This document shows, one piece after another, positions 29,454 to 38,240 of a DNA stretch of 64,000 nt. Source of the stretch: Vulcanimicrobiota bacterium (GTDB taxonomy: Bacteria > Vulcanimicrobiota > Vulcanimicrobiia > Vulcanimicrobiales > Vulcanimicrobiaceae). The stretch's first letter is position 1. Each line of letters opens with the position of its first letter. The stretch spans positions 241,482 through 305,481 of the forward strand of contig CAWAXX010000014.1 in assembly GCA_963786105.1 (NCBI GenBank), given 5' to 3'. The notes beneath the pieces were generated by a model. That model saw nothing but the letters and a program-made list of their open reading frames with translations, was not told the origin of the DNA and ran no database searches. The translations under genes and the position numbers were made by a program.

Positions 29454-30785
29454 TTACATCCCTTCTTCGAGCGTGGTGAGCGCGGCGTCGAGAATAGCCG
29501 TCGCTTCGTCGAGCTCGGCCGGTCCGGCGACGAGCGGCGGGGCGACGATTGCGGTGTTGTAACGACCGAACAGGTACAGCCCGCGCGCCAGCAGGTCGTT
29601 GAAAAACGGCTGAAGCGACGCCGTCCCCTGCCACGCAACCAACGGTTCTCGCGATTCGCGGTCGCGCACGAGTTCGAGTCCGAAGAACGCGCCGACCCCG
29701 CGGACCTCACCGAGCGAGCGATGGCGGCGCTGCAACTCGTCTAACCGCGCCCGTAACGGTTGCTCCATCTCTCTGGCGCGTTCGAAGATATTTTCGTCGC
29801 GATATGCGTTGAGGGCGGCGACGCCCGCCGCCATTCCCAGCGGATGGCCGCTGAAGGTATGCCCGCTGGGGAGCGGATGCGTGTCGAAGTGTGACGCGAG
29901 CGATTCGCGCACCGCAACGCCGCCGAGCGGAACGTATGCCGAGGTTACGCCTTTGGCGAACGTGAACATATCGGGCACCACGCCGAAGCGTTCCGACGCA
30001 AACGCCGCGCCGGTGCGTCCGAAGCCCGTCATCACCTCGTCGAAGATCAGCAGAATGCCGTAGCGATCGCACAGCTCGCGCAGGCCGTGCAGATAGCCTT
30101 CGGGATAGACGACGACGCCGTTCGATCCGACGATCGGCTCGACGAGCAGCGCCGCGATGCGGTCGCCGCCTTCATACGTGACGATCTCGTCCAGGTGCGC
30201 GAGCGCACGCGCGCACTCTTCGCCGGCGTCGCGCGTGAAGAACGGGCTGCGGTACGGAAACGGCGCGAAGAAACGAACGACGCCGGGAAGGCCCGGTTCG
30301 TTTGGCCAGCGGCGGTTCTCACCGGTCAGCGTCCCGGCGCCCGGCGCCGATCCGTGGAACGACCGGTACGCGGTGAGCACCTTGTGCCGTCCGGTCAGCG
30401 CACGCGCGAACTTGACGGCATCTTCGTTCGCCTCGCCGCCGCCGGTCGTGAAGAATGTTCGGCCTTCGCCCTTCCACGGACCGATGTTGGCGATCGCCTG
30501 TGCGAGCCGCGCGCGATTCTCGTCGCCGAAACTTGGCGGTGCGTACCCGAGGCGGGCGGCCTGTTCGCCGATCGCCTTAGCGAGGCCGGCGTGCCCGTGC
30601 CCGAGGTTGACCGCGACTAATCCCGAGACGAAATCGAGATAGCGATTTCCGCGGTCATCGTAGAGGTAACACCCCTCGCCCCGGACGATGGTGGGCGGAC
30701 GCCGGTTGCCCTGCGCAACCCACGGCGTCAGTACGTGGCGGGCATGAATTTCGGCGGGGTCTTCGCGCAACTCAATGTTCTGCAT
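29454..30785 (-). CDS. Class-III PLP aminotransferase (omega-amino acid / beta-alanine-pyruvate type)
   Basis: FFTTGGGEANE, YRSFHG, FDEVMTGFGRTG, FAKGVTSAYVPLG, SGHTFSGHP; ATG 30785. Confidence 0.88.
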   Translation of the reverse strand: MQNIELREDPAEIHARHVLTPWVAQGNRRPPTIVRGEGCYLYDDRGNRYLDFVSGLVAVNLGHGHAGLAKAIGEQAARLGYAPPSFGDENRARLAQAIANIGPWKGEGRTFFTTGGGEANEDAVKFARALTGRHKVLTAYRSFHGSAPGAGTLTGENRRWPNEPGLPGVVRFFAPFPYRSPFFTRDAGEECARALAHLDEIVTYEGGDRIAALLVEPIVGSNGVVVYPEGYLHGLRELCDRYGILLIFDEVMTGFGRTGAAFASERFGVVPDMFTFAKGVTSAYVPLGGVAVRESLASHFDTHPLPSGHTFSGHPLGMAAGVAALNAYRDENIFERAREMEQPLRARLDELQRRHRSLGEVRGVGAFFGLELVRDRESREPLVAWQGTASLQPFFNDLLARGLYLFGRYNTAIVAPPLVAGPAELDEATAILDAALTTLEEGM

Positions 30786-30800
30786 GGGGCGGTATTGCAC

Positions 30801-30812
30801 ATTGTCGACAAT
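30801..30812. promoter_or_regulatory. Perfect palindrome ATTGTCGACAAT, candidate GntR operator
   Basis: 12-bp perfect inverted repeat 15 nt upstream of the first gene of the gntR-containing operon. Confidence 0.6.
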
Positions 30813-30830
30813 CCTTCCCGCCGCACTCCC

Positions 30831-30884
30831 CATGTCATCCTGAGCGGAGGTGCGCGTAGCGCACCGCAGTCGAAGGACGCTCAG
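30831..30884. repeat. REP/MITE-like palindromic element (TGTCATCCTGAGCG...GTCGAAGGA), copy 1
   Basis: Inner hairpin GGTGCGC-GTA-GCGCACC 30849-30865; outer CTGAGCG/CGCTCAG; first 15 nt identical to 47596-47610. Confidence 0.65.
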
Positions 30885-31027
30885 CGTACCTTCAAGCCGA
30901 TGACGATCAGACCGCCGGCAACGCTCAGCGCAAAGAAGACGATGAAAATCCACACCGCGAGCCGCTTCCAAAAATCCCGCCTCGCACGCGCGGATCGCGT
31001 TTCGTGCGTCGGCCGGCGCGACTTCAC
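30881..31027 (-). CDS. Small single-pass membrane protein (48 aa)
   Basis: GTGA overlap with the rsfS stop; basic N-terminus then FWKRLAVWIFIVFFALSVAGGLIVIGL TM. Confidence 0.6.
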   Translation of the reverse strand: MKSRRPTHETRSARARRDFWKRLAVWIFIVFFALSVAGGLIVIGLKVR

Positions 31028-31380
31028 GGGGCTTGCGCCTGGCGCTTCGCGACCTCCGACCAGAGACGCTCGATGTTGTAGAAGTCGCGCTGTTCGGGTG
31101 TAAAAACGTGCGCGATGACGTTGCCGAGATCGATGAGAATCCAGCCGCCGTCGGCGTAGCCTTCGATTCGCGAGATGGAGCGGCCGTCGCGCTCGACCGC
31201 TTCGACGATGGCGTCGGCGATCGCGCGCGTTTGAACTTTGGATCGGCCGGTAAGGACCGCGAAGGTATCGGCTAAGATCGTTCGTCCGCCGACGTCGATG
31301 GCGATAAAGTCTTCGGCTTTCTTGTCGAGCGCTGCGTCGCGGACGACGTCGATCAGTTCGCGGATGCGTGAGCCTCCCAT
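31024..31380 (-). CDS. rsfS: Ribosome silencing factor
   Basis: DKKAEDFIAIDV, ADTFAVLTGRS, WILIDLGNVIAHVF..QRDFYNIERLW. Confidence 0.93.
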   Translation of the reverse strand: MGGSRIRELIDVVRDAALDKKAEDFIAIDVGGRTILADTFAVLTGRSKVQTRAIADAIVEAVERDGRSISRIEGYADGGWILIDLGNVIAHVFTPEQRDFYNIERLWSEVAKRQAQAP

Positions 31381-31970
31381 GCGGGCGTAAGTTCGGGTAT
31401 GGCCGTGATATCGAGACCGAAGGTGCCGGCCGCCGCCGCGGTCTGCGGCGCGATCGTCTTCCCTTTGCGCGCGTAGTGTCGAATGCCCAGCAAAAGTACC
31501 TCACGCATCGCGAGCTTCAAATCGCGGGTTGCGAGTTGCCACAGCGCCGCGCGTTCCGGAAACGTGCGGCCCGGCTCGAGCGAATCGGCCAAATACACTG
31601 CGCAGTCGAGGTGCGACATCTCGCCGGCGCCGGTCGTGTGTTTTTCGATGGCGGAGAGCACCTCGAAATCGTCCACGCCGAAGCTCTCGCGCGCGATCGC
31701 CGCGCCGAGACGCGCGTGCAGCGTCATCGGATTTGCGCGCTCAAATTCGCCGATCGGCAGACGGCGGGCGGTGCACTCGTCGATCAAACGTGCGGGCGTG
31801 TACAGGCGCGCGAGATCGTGCAGCATGCCTGCGGTGCGTGCTTTGCGCGTATCTAGGCGGTAGCGCTGCGCGAGAACGTCGGCACAGCGTGCGACTCGCA
31901 CGCTGTGTTCGTACCGGCGATCTTGGGCCAGGTGGGATTTGACGGCCCGCGCCAGTTGGCTGAAGTTCAA
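31353..31970 (-). CDS. yqeK: HD-domain bis(5'-nucleosyl)-tetraphosphatase YqeK
   Basis: RYEHSVRVA, GMLHDLAR, LHARLGA, AIEKHTTG, YLADSLEPGR; next to rsfS. Confidence 0.88.
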   Translation of the reverse strand: MNFSQLARAVKSHLAQDRRYEHSVRVARCADVLAQRYRLDTRKARTAGMLHDLARLYTPARLIDECTARRLPIGEFERANPMTLHARLGAAIARESFGVDDFEVLSAIEKHTTGAGEMSHLDCAVYLADSLEPGRTFPERAALWQLATRDLKLAMREVLLLGIRHYARKGKTIAPQTAAAAGTFGLDITAIPELTPAWEAHASAN

Positions 31971-32506
31971 CGATTGCAGCGCGCGCGCAGCACACCTAGC
32001 CGGTTACGATAAAGTTCGCTCTTGAGGTTACCCGCCCACATCACCAGAGCACTTTCGTTATCGTCGCTATAATACCCGCGCCGCATCGTGACCGTGGTGA
32101 AGCCGTACTTTCGATAGAGCTGCTGCGCGACCGTATTGCTTTCGCGCACCTCGAGCGTCATCCAGGCCGCCCCGCGCTCCATAGCTTCGTCGACGAGCTT
32201 GAGCAGCATGATTTCGCCGAAGCGCCTGCCGCGGCACGCCGGGTCTACGGCGAGCGTCGTGATGTGCGAGTCTTCGAGGATCACCCAAATGCCGCCGTAC
32301 GCGACGATGCGATCGCCGACGCGGCCGACGAAATAGTGCGCCAGCTTGTTGGTGCTGAGCTCGTTGAAGAAGGCGTCGGATGGCCACACCGTCGAGAACG
32401 AGGCGCGTTCGATGCGGGTTACCGCAGAAATGTCGGACGACGCCATCGGCACGATCGACAAACGATCGGGCTCAGGCGCCGGACGCGCGTCGAGCTCCAT
32501 CTTCAT
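31967..32506 (-). CDS. rimI: Ribosomal protein S18-alanine N-acetyltransferase
   Basis: SHITTLAVDP, MTLEVRESNTVAQQLYRKYGF, RRGYYSDDNESALVMW. Confidence 0.92.
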   Translation of the reverse strand: MKMELDARPAPEPDRLSIVPMASSDISAVTRIERASFSTVWPSDAFFNELSTNKLAHYFVGRVGDRIVAYGGIWVILEDSHITTLAVDPACRGRRFGEIMLLKLVDEAMERGAAWMTLEVRESNTVAQQLYRKYGFTTVTMRRGYYSDDNESALVMWAGNLKSELYRNRLGVLRARCNR

Positions 32507-32513
32507 GAGCGCG

Positions 32514-33170
32514 TCATCGACGGTTAAGCTTCGGAACTTTGGCGGCGGGAAGCTCGCCGTAATCGGCGCGCACCTCGTGAAGGCTGCGCGCGGGTTGGTG
32601 CGAGGCGGCCGCCAGCGCGGTCGCGGCGGCGGCGGGTGCCACCAGCGGATCGAAGGATTGCACGTCTATGTCGCGTTCGGCAAGCGCGGCAAGCACGTCC
32701 TTCGAGGCGCCGACGACCGGTAAAGCCGTTCGCTCGGCAGGCAGCGTCGCCGCCAGCGCCTCGTAGGTCGGGCCCGAGGCCCGGCGTACCTGGGCGCCGT
32801 TTCGGAAGCGAGCCGAAATGACGCCGGGGCGGCCGACGACGATCGTGAGGACGCGGTCGAAGTGCCGCCCGTATTCCAGCGTATCGAACGACGAAACCGG
32901 CACGAGCGGCCGCGTCCACGCGAGGGCCAAGGACTTCGCGTAGGCAATCGCGATCCGCAAACCGGTGAATCCGCCCGGCCCGATCCCCACCGCAAGTCGA
33001 TCGATTTGGTCTGGACTCACGCCCGCCTGCAACATCACCTCGCCGAGCATCGCGAGTCCCAGTTCCAGCGCGACGTTTCCTTTCTCGTGTCGAGCGGCGG
33101 CGATCTCGCCGTCGACGGCGAGCGCCGACGAAAATCCGCCGAGCGCTCCATCGATGGCCAGAATCTTCAC
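32514..33170 (-). CDS. tsaB: tRNA t6A biosynthesis protein TsaB
   Basis: KILAIDGA, AVGIGPGGFTGLRIAIAYAKSLA; GTGA overlap with tsaE. Confidence 0.9.
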   Translation of the reverse strand: MKILAIDGALGGFSSALAVDGEIAAARHEKGNVALELGLAMLGEVMLQAGVSPDQIDRLAVGIGPGGFTGLRIAIAYAKSLALAWTRPLVPVSSFDTLEYGRHFDRVLTIVVGRPGVISARFRNGAQVRRASGPTYEALAATLPAERTALPVVGASKDVLAALAERDIDVQSFDPLVAPAAAATALAAASHQPARSLHEVRADYGELPAAKVPKLNRR

Positions 33171-33586
33171 GCTGGTTCCTTTACGGCGATCCGACGCGGT
33201 CCGTCGCCGACACCGTCGATGTCGATTTCGTACCGGCGCGCCGGCAATAGCGATGGCGCGTTGCGCCACCATTCGACCAAAGCGATCGAATCGTCTGCGA
33301 ACGCATCCTCGAGCCCAAGCTCGGCGAGTTCCTTTGGGTCGTCGACGCGAAAGAGATCGAGGTGATCGATCGGCGGTACGCCGTCGTAGCGATGCCAGAA
33401 CGTAAACGTCGGGCTCGACGTTTGATCGGCGTGATGAAGCGCTTCGACTACGGCGCGGACGAAGGTGGTTTTCCCCGATCCAAGCGGGCCCGAAAGCGCG
33501 ACCGCGTCGCCCGGCTTGAGTCGTTGCGCGAATGCTGCCGCGAACGCGCGCAACTCGTCTTCGCTGGACAGCACCCGGCGAATCAT
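33167..33586 (-). CDS. tsaE: tRNA t6A biosynthesis ATPase TsaE
   Basis: LSGPLGSGKTTFV, SSPTFT, HLDLFR, LVEW. Confidence 0.93.
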   Translation of the reverse strand: MIRRVLSSEDELRAFAAAFAQRLKPGDAVALSGPLGSGKTTFVRAVVEALHHADQTSSPTFTFWHRYDGVPPIDHLDLFRVDDPKELAELGLEDAFADDSIALVEWWRNAPSLLPARRYEIDIDGVGDGPRRIAVKEPA

Positions 33587-33677
33587 GCGATGCGGTTCAT
33601 TGGTGACTGTGGTTACTCGATAGGGCGTAATTTTTCAAGGAAATCCTCAGCTTGAACGATGCGCCGAGGACATTTAA

Positions 33678-35069
33678 ATGCCCTCGCGCAAGCACCGAGA
33701 GAGAAAGAGGAGCAGGTTGAAGATCTCGCGTTTGTTGTCGTGCTGCTTGGCAACGGCGGTCACCATCGCCGGCTGCGGTGGTTCGTCAGGCGGCGGCGGC
33801 GGTTCGACGCCCCCGGTCATCCCTTCGGCATCTCCCACGCCGAGCGGTCAAAAAATACAGCACGTCGTGATTTTGATCCAGGAGAACCGCACCGTGGACA
33901 ATTTGTTCAACGGATTTCCGGGCGCCGACACCGTGTCGCAAGGTCTGGGCCAAGATCCAAACAACCCCGGCAAGCAAATCGTCATTAAACTCAAGCGGAT
34001 GCCGCTTCAAATGAAGCTTTCTCCGCATAATGGCTACGCGCAGTTCGAGACGTCGTACGACGGCGGAAAAATGGATGGATTCAACACGATTACGGTCGAG
34101 AACAATCCCGGAGCGTACGTGTATCAGTACGCGAATCCATCCGACGTCCAACCGTACTGGAATCTCGCCAAGCAATACGTGCTCGCCGATCACACCTTTT
34201 CGACCCAAGGTAGCGGAAGCTTCACCGCGCATCAGGACCTCATAGCCGGCGGGACGAAAATTAATGCGACTCAAGCGCTTATCGATTTTCCGTCGCAACA
34301 GCCGTGGGGTTGCGACGCTCCGTCGGGCACGACGACGGCGCTCATCACGACAAAACGCGTGTACCTTCCGACCGCCGGCCCGTTCCCGTGCCTTGGATAC
34401 AAGACGCTGCGCGATCTGCTCGACGCCAAAAGCGTGAGTTGGAAATACTACGTGCCGCCGATCGGCAGCGGCTTCGACGGAAACATCTGGAACGCGTTTG
34501 ACGCGATTGCGGCCGTTCGCCACGGCTCCGAGTGGAAAACCAACGTCGTTGCCACGACGAACCTGCTTCCGGACATTTCCAACGGCAAGCTTCCGTCGGT
34601 GACGTGGGTTTGCCCTGACTTTGCGAACTCCGACCATCCCGGATCGCACCCGGACATGGGTCCGTCGTGGGTGGCACAGGTCGTTAACACGATCGGTAAG
34701 AGCCAGTACTGGAACACGACCGCCATCGTCGTCGTATGGGACGATTGGGGCGGCCTCTACGATCACGTCGCGCCACAACAGATCGACTATCAGGGTCTCG
34801 GCATCCGCGTCCCGATGCTGATCGTCTCGCCATATGCGAAGAAAGGCTACGTCTCCCACACCCAATACGAATTCGGGAGTCTGGTCAAATTCATCGAAGC
34901 CACCTGGAGTCTGGGCAGTCTCGGTACCACGGACGCTCGCGCAAACGGCATCGACGACTCCTTCAACTTCCAGCAGAATCCACGTCCGTTTTCGCCGATT
35001 CCAGCCAAATTTTCGCGCTCGTATTTCCTGCAGCAGCATCCCTCCAACCACTCCCTCGACGACGGATAA
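33678..35069 (+). CDS. Phosphoesterase / phospholipase C family lipoprotein (paralog 3)
   Basis: Lipobox IAGC; IQHVVILIQENRTVDN, GKMDGF, NSDHP, WDDWGGLYDHV; alternative start TTG 33717 after GAGGAG. Confidence 0.88.
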   Translation: MPSRKHRERKRSRLKISRLLSCCLATAVTIAGCGGSSGGGGGSTPPVIPSASPTPSGQKIQHVVILIQENRTVDNLFNGFPGADTVSQGLGQDPNNPGKQIVIKLKRMPLQMKLSPHNGYAQFETSYDGGKMDGFNTITVENNPGAYVYQYANPSDVQPYWNLAKQYVLADHTFSTQGSGSFTAHQDLIAGGTKINATQALIDFPSQQPWGCDAPSGTTTALITTKRVYLPTAGPFPCLGYKTLRDLLDAKSVSWKYYVPPIGSGFDGNIWNAFDAIAAVRHGSEWKTNVVATTNLLPDISNGKLPSVTWVCPDFANSDHPGSHPDMGPSWVAQVVNTIGKSQYWNTTAIVVVWDDWGGLYDHVAPQQIDYQGLGIRVPMLIVSPYAKKGYVSHTQYEFGSLVKFIEATWSLGSLGTTDARANGIDDSFNFQQNPRPFSPIPAKFSRSYFLQQHPSNHSLDDG

Positions 35070-35230
35070 GCCGTCACGGAGATCCACGCGACGGCGCGCC
35101 CGGAGGAGGTCTTTTTTGGCCCGATCCAGGGTATTTTTGATCCTGGAGCCAAGAAAACAAAAGCCTCTGCCACCTTTGGAGATTGCCGATTTATTTGCGG
35201 GCTCACCACTCGCAAACGGACCCTTAGTAC

Positions 35231-37735
35231 GTGAATAACGACATCATTCAACAAGTTAACGTCGAAGACGAAATGCGGGAGAGCTATCTCTCGTATGCGA
35301 TGTCGGTCATCGCCTCGCGGGCGCTGCCCGACGTTCGCGACGGACTCAAACCGGTGCAGCGCCGCATTTTATATGCGATGCGCGAAATGGGTTTCGATCC
35401 GAACAAGCAACACCGCAAGTGCGCCGGTATCATCGGCGAAGTGTTGAAGAGTTACCATCCACACGGCGACCAGTCGGTGTACGACGCGTTAGTACGTTTG
35501 GCGCAGGATTTTACGTTGCGATACACGCTGGTCGACGGCCACGGCAACTTCGGCTCTATCGATCCCGATCCCCCGGCGGCGTATCGCTATACGGAAGCGC
35601 GCCTCGCACGCACCGCGCTCGAAGTACTGGCCGACATCGACAAAGAGACGGTCGGGTTCATCCCCAATTTCGACAATCAGGGCATCGAGCCGACCGTTCT
35701 TCCGGGACGGCTGCCGCAACTGCTGATCAACGGCTCGTCCGGCATCGCGGTCGGCATGGCTACGAACATTCCGCCGCACAACCTCAACGAAATCTCCGAC
35801 GCCGTGGCGGCGTTGATCGACGACCCCGAGACGACGGACGACGCACTGTGCGACATCGTGAAAGGCCCCGATTTTCCTACCGGCGGTACGATCCTGGGAC
35901 ACGAGGCCATTCGCGAAGCGTACAAAACGGGCCGCGGCTCGGTTGCCATTCGCGGAAAGGCGGAAATCGTCGAAGAGCGCGGACGGCACAAGATCGTCAT
36001 CACCGAGATTCCGTACCAAGTCTATAAGTCGCGCATCATCGAAGCCATCGCCGAAGCGCACTCGGAGAAGCGCATCGCAGGCATCGCGCGTCTCGACGAC
36101 GAGTCCAACCGTAAAGGGATGCGCGTCGTCATCGAACTGCAGAAGACGGCGACGCCGAAAGTCGTCCTCAATCAGCTGTTCAAGCACACGCCGCTCCAGG
36201 CGAGCTTCGGCTTTAACATGCTTGCGCTGGTTCCGGTCGGCGAGCCGCGCGCCGACGGATCGGTGGCGCTCGAGCCGCAAGTTCTCACGCTCAAGCAACT
36301 GCTCGAGCACTTCATCGCTCATCGGCGCATCGTCGTTACCCGGCGCACCCGATACGACTTACGCAAGGCGGAGGAACGCGCGCATCTGCTCGAGGGGTAC
36401 CGTATAGCCCTCGACAATATCGACGAAGTCATCGAGATCGTTCGCGGTAGCCAGACCACCGACGAAGCCAAACAGCGTCTCTCGGCGCGTTTCAGTCTGA
36501 GCGACGTCCAGGCGCAGGCCATCGTCGACATGCGCCTGCGGACGCTGGTCGGTCTCGAGCGCCAAAAGATCGAGGACGAATACACGGAGCTGATTAAAAC
36601 CATCGCGGAGTTGCAGGACATCCTTCGCAGTCCGCGCCGGGTGTCGCAGATCGTCAAGACCGAAACGCTCGATATCAAGAAGCGATTCGGCGACGAGCGT
36701 CGCACGTCCATCGAAGCGGCCGAGGACGAAATCTCGATGGAACAGCTCGTTCCGAACATCGACGTGGTCGTGACCTACACGGTCGGCGGGTACATCAAGC
36801 GCGTTACCGTGGATACCTTCCGCACGCAAAACCGCGGGGGACGTGGCGTAACCGGGATTTCGAACCTCAAACGCGAGGACGTGGTGCGCAACTTCTTCGT
36901 TACCAAGACGCACGACCACGTCCTGTTCTTTACGAATAAGGGACGCGTGTACCGCCTGCGTGGATACGAGATTCCCGACACGACGCGCCAAGCGCGCGGC
37001 ACCGCGCTCGTTAATCTCCTGACCCTTCCTCCGGGCGAAGAAGTCTCCGCGGTCTTCCCCATCGATAAGTTCGCGGGCGAGAAATATCTCGTCATGGTGA
37101 CGAAACGCGGCGTCATCAAGAAGACGAAGCTCGAAGAGTTTGCCAACGTACGACGCAACGGGCTCAACGCCATCGGGCTGGACGAAGGCGACGAGCTGCT
37201 GGCGGTCGATCTTTCAGACGGATCGCACGACATCATCCTGGGCTCGACCCAAGGCATGGCGGTGCACTTCAACGAGAAAAACGTGCGCCCGATGGGACGC
37301 AACGCTCGCGGCGTCAAGGCCATGACGCTCGAAAACGGCGACACGATCGTTGCGATGGACATCGTCGAAAACGGGCGTCGCGAGGTACTCTTGGTAACGT
37401 CCTTGGCATTCGGCAAGCGCACCCCGATCGATGAATACCGGCACACGTCGCGCGGCGGCAAGGGTGTGAAAGCATTCGCGCGCCAGCGCGACGACATTGG
37501 TAAAGTGGTCGATCAGATTCTCGTCGCATCCGACGATCAAATCTTGATGATCACCTCCGGTAATCAGGTCATCCGCTTAAAGGTCGGCGAGATCCGCAAG
37601 ACTGGACGCGATGCCAAAGGCGTGCGCCTACAGCGCCTCGGCGAAGGCGAAGAGGTCATCGCGATCACCAACCTCGGAAAACAAGCAAAACAGATTACGG
37701 AGATTACCGGCGAACCCCAGCAAACGGAAATCTAG
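35231..37735 (+). CDS. gyrA: DNA gyrase subunit A
   Basis: RALPDVRDGLKPVQRR, YHPHGD, AAYRYTEAR catalytic Tyr, GyrA-box QNRGGRG, C-terminal pinwheel repeats. Confidence 0.96.
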   Translation: MNNDIIQQVNVEDEMRESYLSYAMSVIASRALPDVRDGLKPVQRRILYAMREMGFDPNKQHRKCAGIIGEVLKSYHPHGDQSVYDALVRLAQDFTLRYTLVDGHGNFGSIDPDPPAAYRYTEARLARTALEVLADIDKETVGFIPNFDNQGIEPTVLPGRLPQLLINGSSGIAVGMATNIPPHNLNEISDAVAALIDDPETTDDALCDIVKGPDFPTGGTILGHEAIREAYKTGRGSVAIRGKAEIVEERGRHKIVITEIPYQVYKSRIIEAIAEAHSEKRIAGIARLDDESNRKGMRVVIELQKTATPKVVLNQLFKHTPLQASFGFNMLALVPVGEPRADGSVALEPQVLTLKQLLEHFIAHRRIVVTRRTRYDLRKAEERAHLLEGYRIALDNIDEVIEIVRGSQTTDEAKQRLSARFSLSDVQAQAIVDMRLRTLVGLERQKIEDEYTELIKTIAELQDILRSPRRVSQIVKTETLDIKKRFGDERRTSIEAAEDEISMEQLVPNIDVVVTYTVGGYIKRVTVDTFRTQNRGGRGVTGISNLKREDVVRNFFVTKTHDHVLFFTNKGRVYRLRGYEIPDTTRQARGTALVNLLTLPPGEEVSAVFPIDKFAGEKYLVMVTKRGVIKKTKLEEFANVRRNGLNAIGLDEGDELLAVDLSDGSHDIILGSTQGMAVHFNEKNVRPMGRNARGVKAMTLENGDTIVAMDIVENGRREVLLVTSLAFGKRTPIDEYRHTSRGGKGVKAFARQRDDIGKVVDQILVASDDQILMITSGNQVIRLKVGEIRKTGRDAKGVRLQRLGEGEEVIAITNLGKQAKQITEITGEPQQTEI

Positions 37736-37848
37736 GGCAAACGTCGCCCGTCGCCTCCTCGATCTGAGCAAACCAGAAGGATCCTAGGGTCTGCAACCCG
37801 ATGGTGCCCCTGAAGGGTCATTAATCCGGAGGATTTAGGCAAAATAGT

Positions 37849-38175
37849 ATGAGCGCATTGGAAAACGTTACGCAGGCGGACTTCGAGAGCCAAGTATTGC
37901 AGAGCACCCAGCCGGTGCTGGTGGATTTTTGGGCGCCGTGGTGCGGTCCGTGCAAAATGCTCGGTCCGGTCGTGGAGAAGGTTGCCGGCGCGCATACCGG
38001 CAAGGCGAAGTTCGTCAAGCTGAATACCGACGACAATCCCAGCCTGGCGGGCAAGTACCAGGTGTCGGGCATTCCGTGCCTCATCCTGTTCAAAGGCGGG
38101 CAGCCGGTCGATCGCATCGTCGGATACGTTCCCGAGAACGTTATTACGTCGATGCTCAGCAAACACGTCGCCTAG
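37849..38175 (+). CDS. trxA: Thioredoxin
   Basis: VLVDFWAPWCGPCKM. Confidence 0.96.
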   Translation: MSALENVTQADFESQVLQSTQPVLVDFWAPWCGPCKMLGPVVEKVAGAHTGKAKFVKLNTDDNPSLAGKYQVSGIPCLILFKGGQPVDRIVGYVPENVITSMLSKHVA

Positions 38176-38240
38176 GAAGCCCCGATTTATCCCAGCTCTT
38201 CGTCGTCCCGAACCTCATTTGCCATAGCAAACTTCGGCTC

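Noticed and set aside
37736..37848. Possible c-di-GMP riboswitch upstream of trxA (GCAAAC motifs)
   Set aside because: The required stems and GNRA/receptor arrangement could not be built by eye
37849..38175. Thioredoxin next to selA as a selenoprotein
   Set aside because: The active site is WCGPC with two TGC codons; no in-frame TGA
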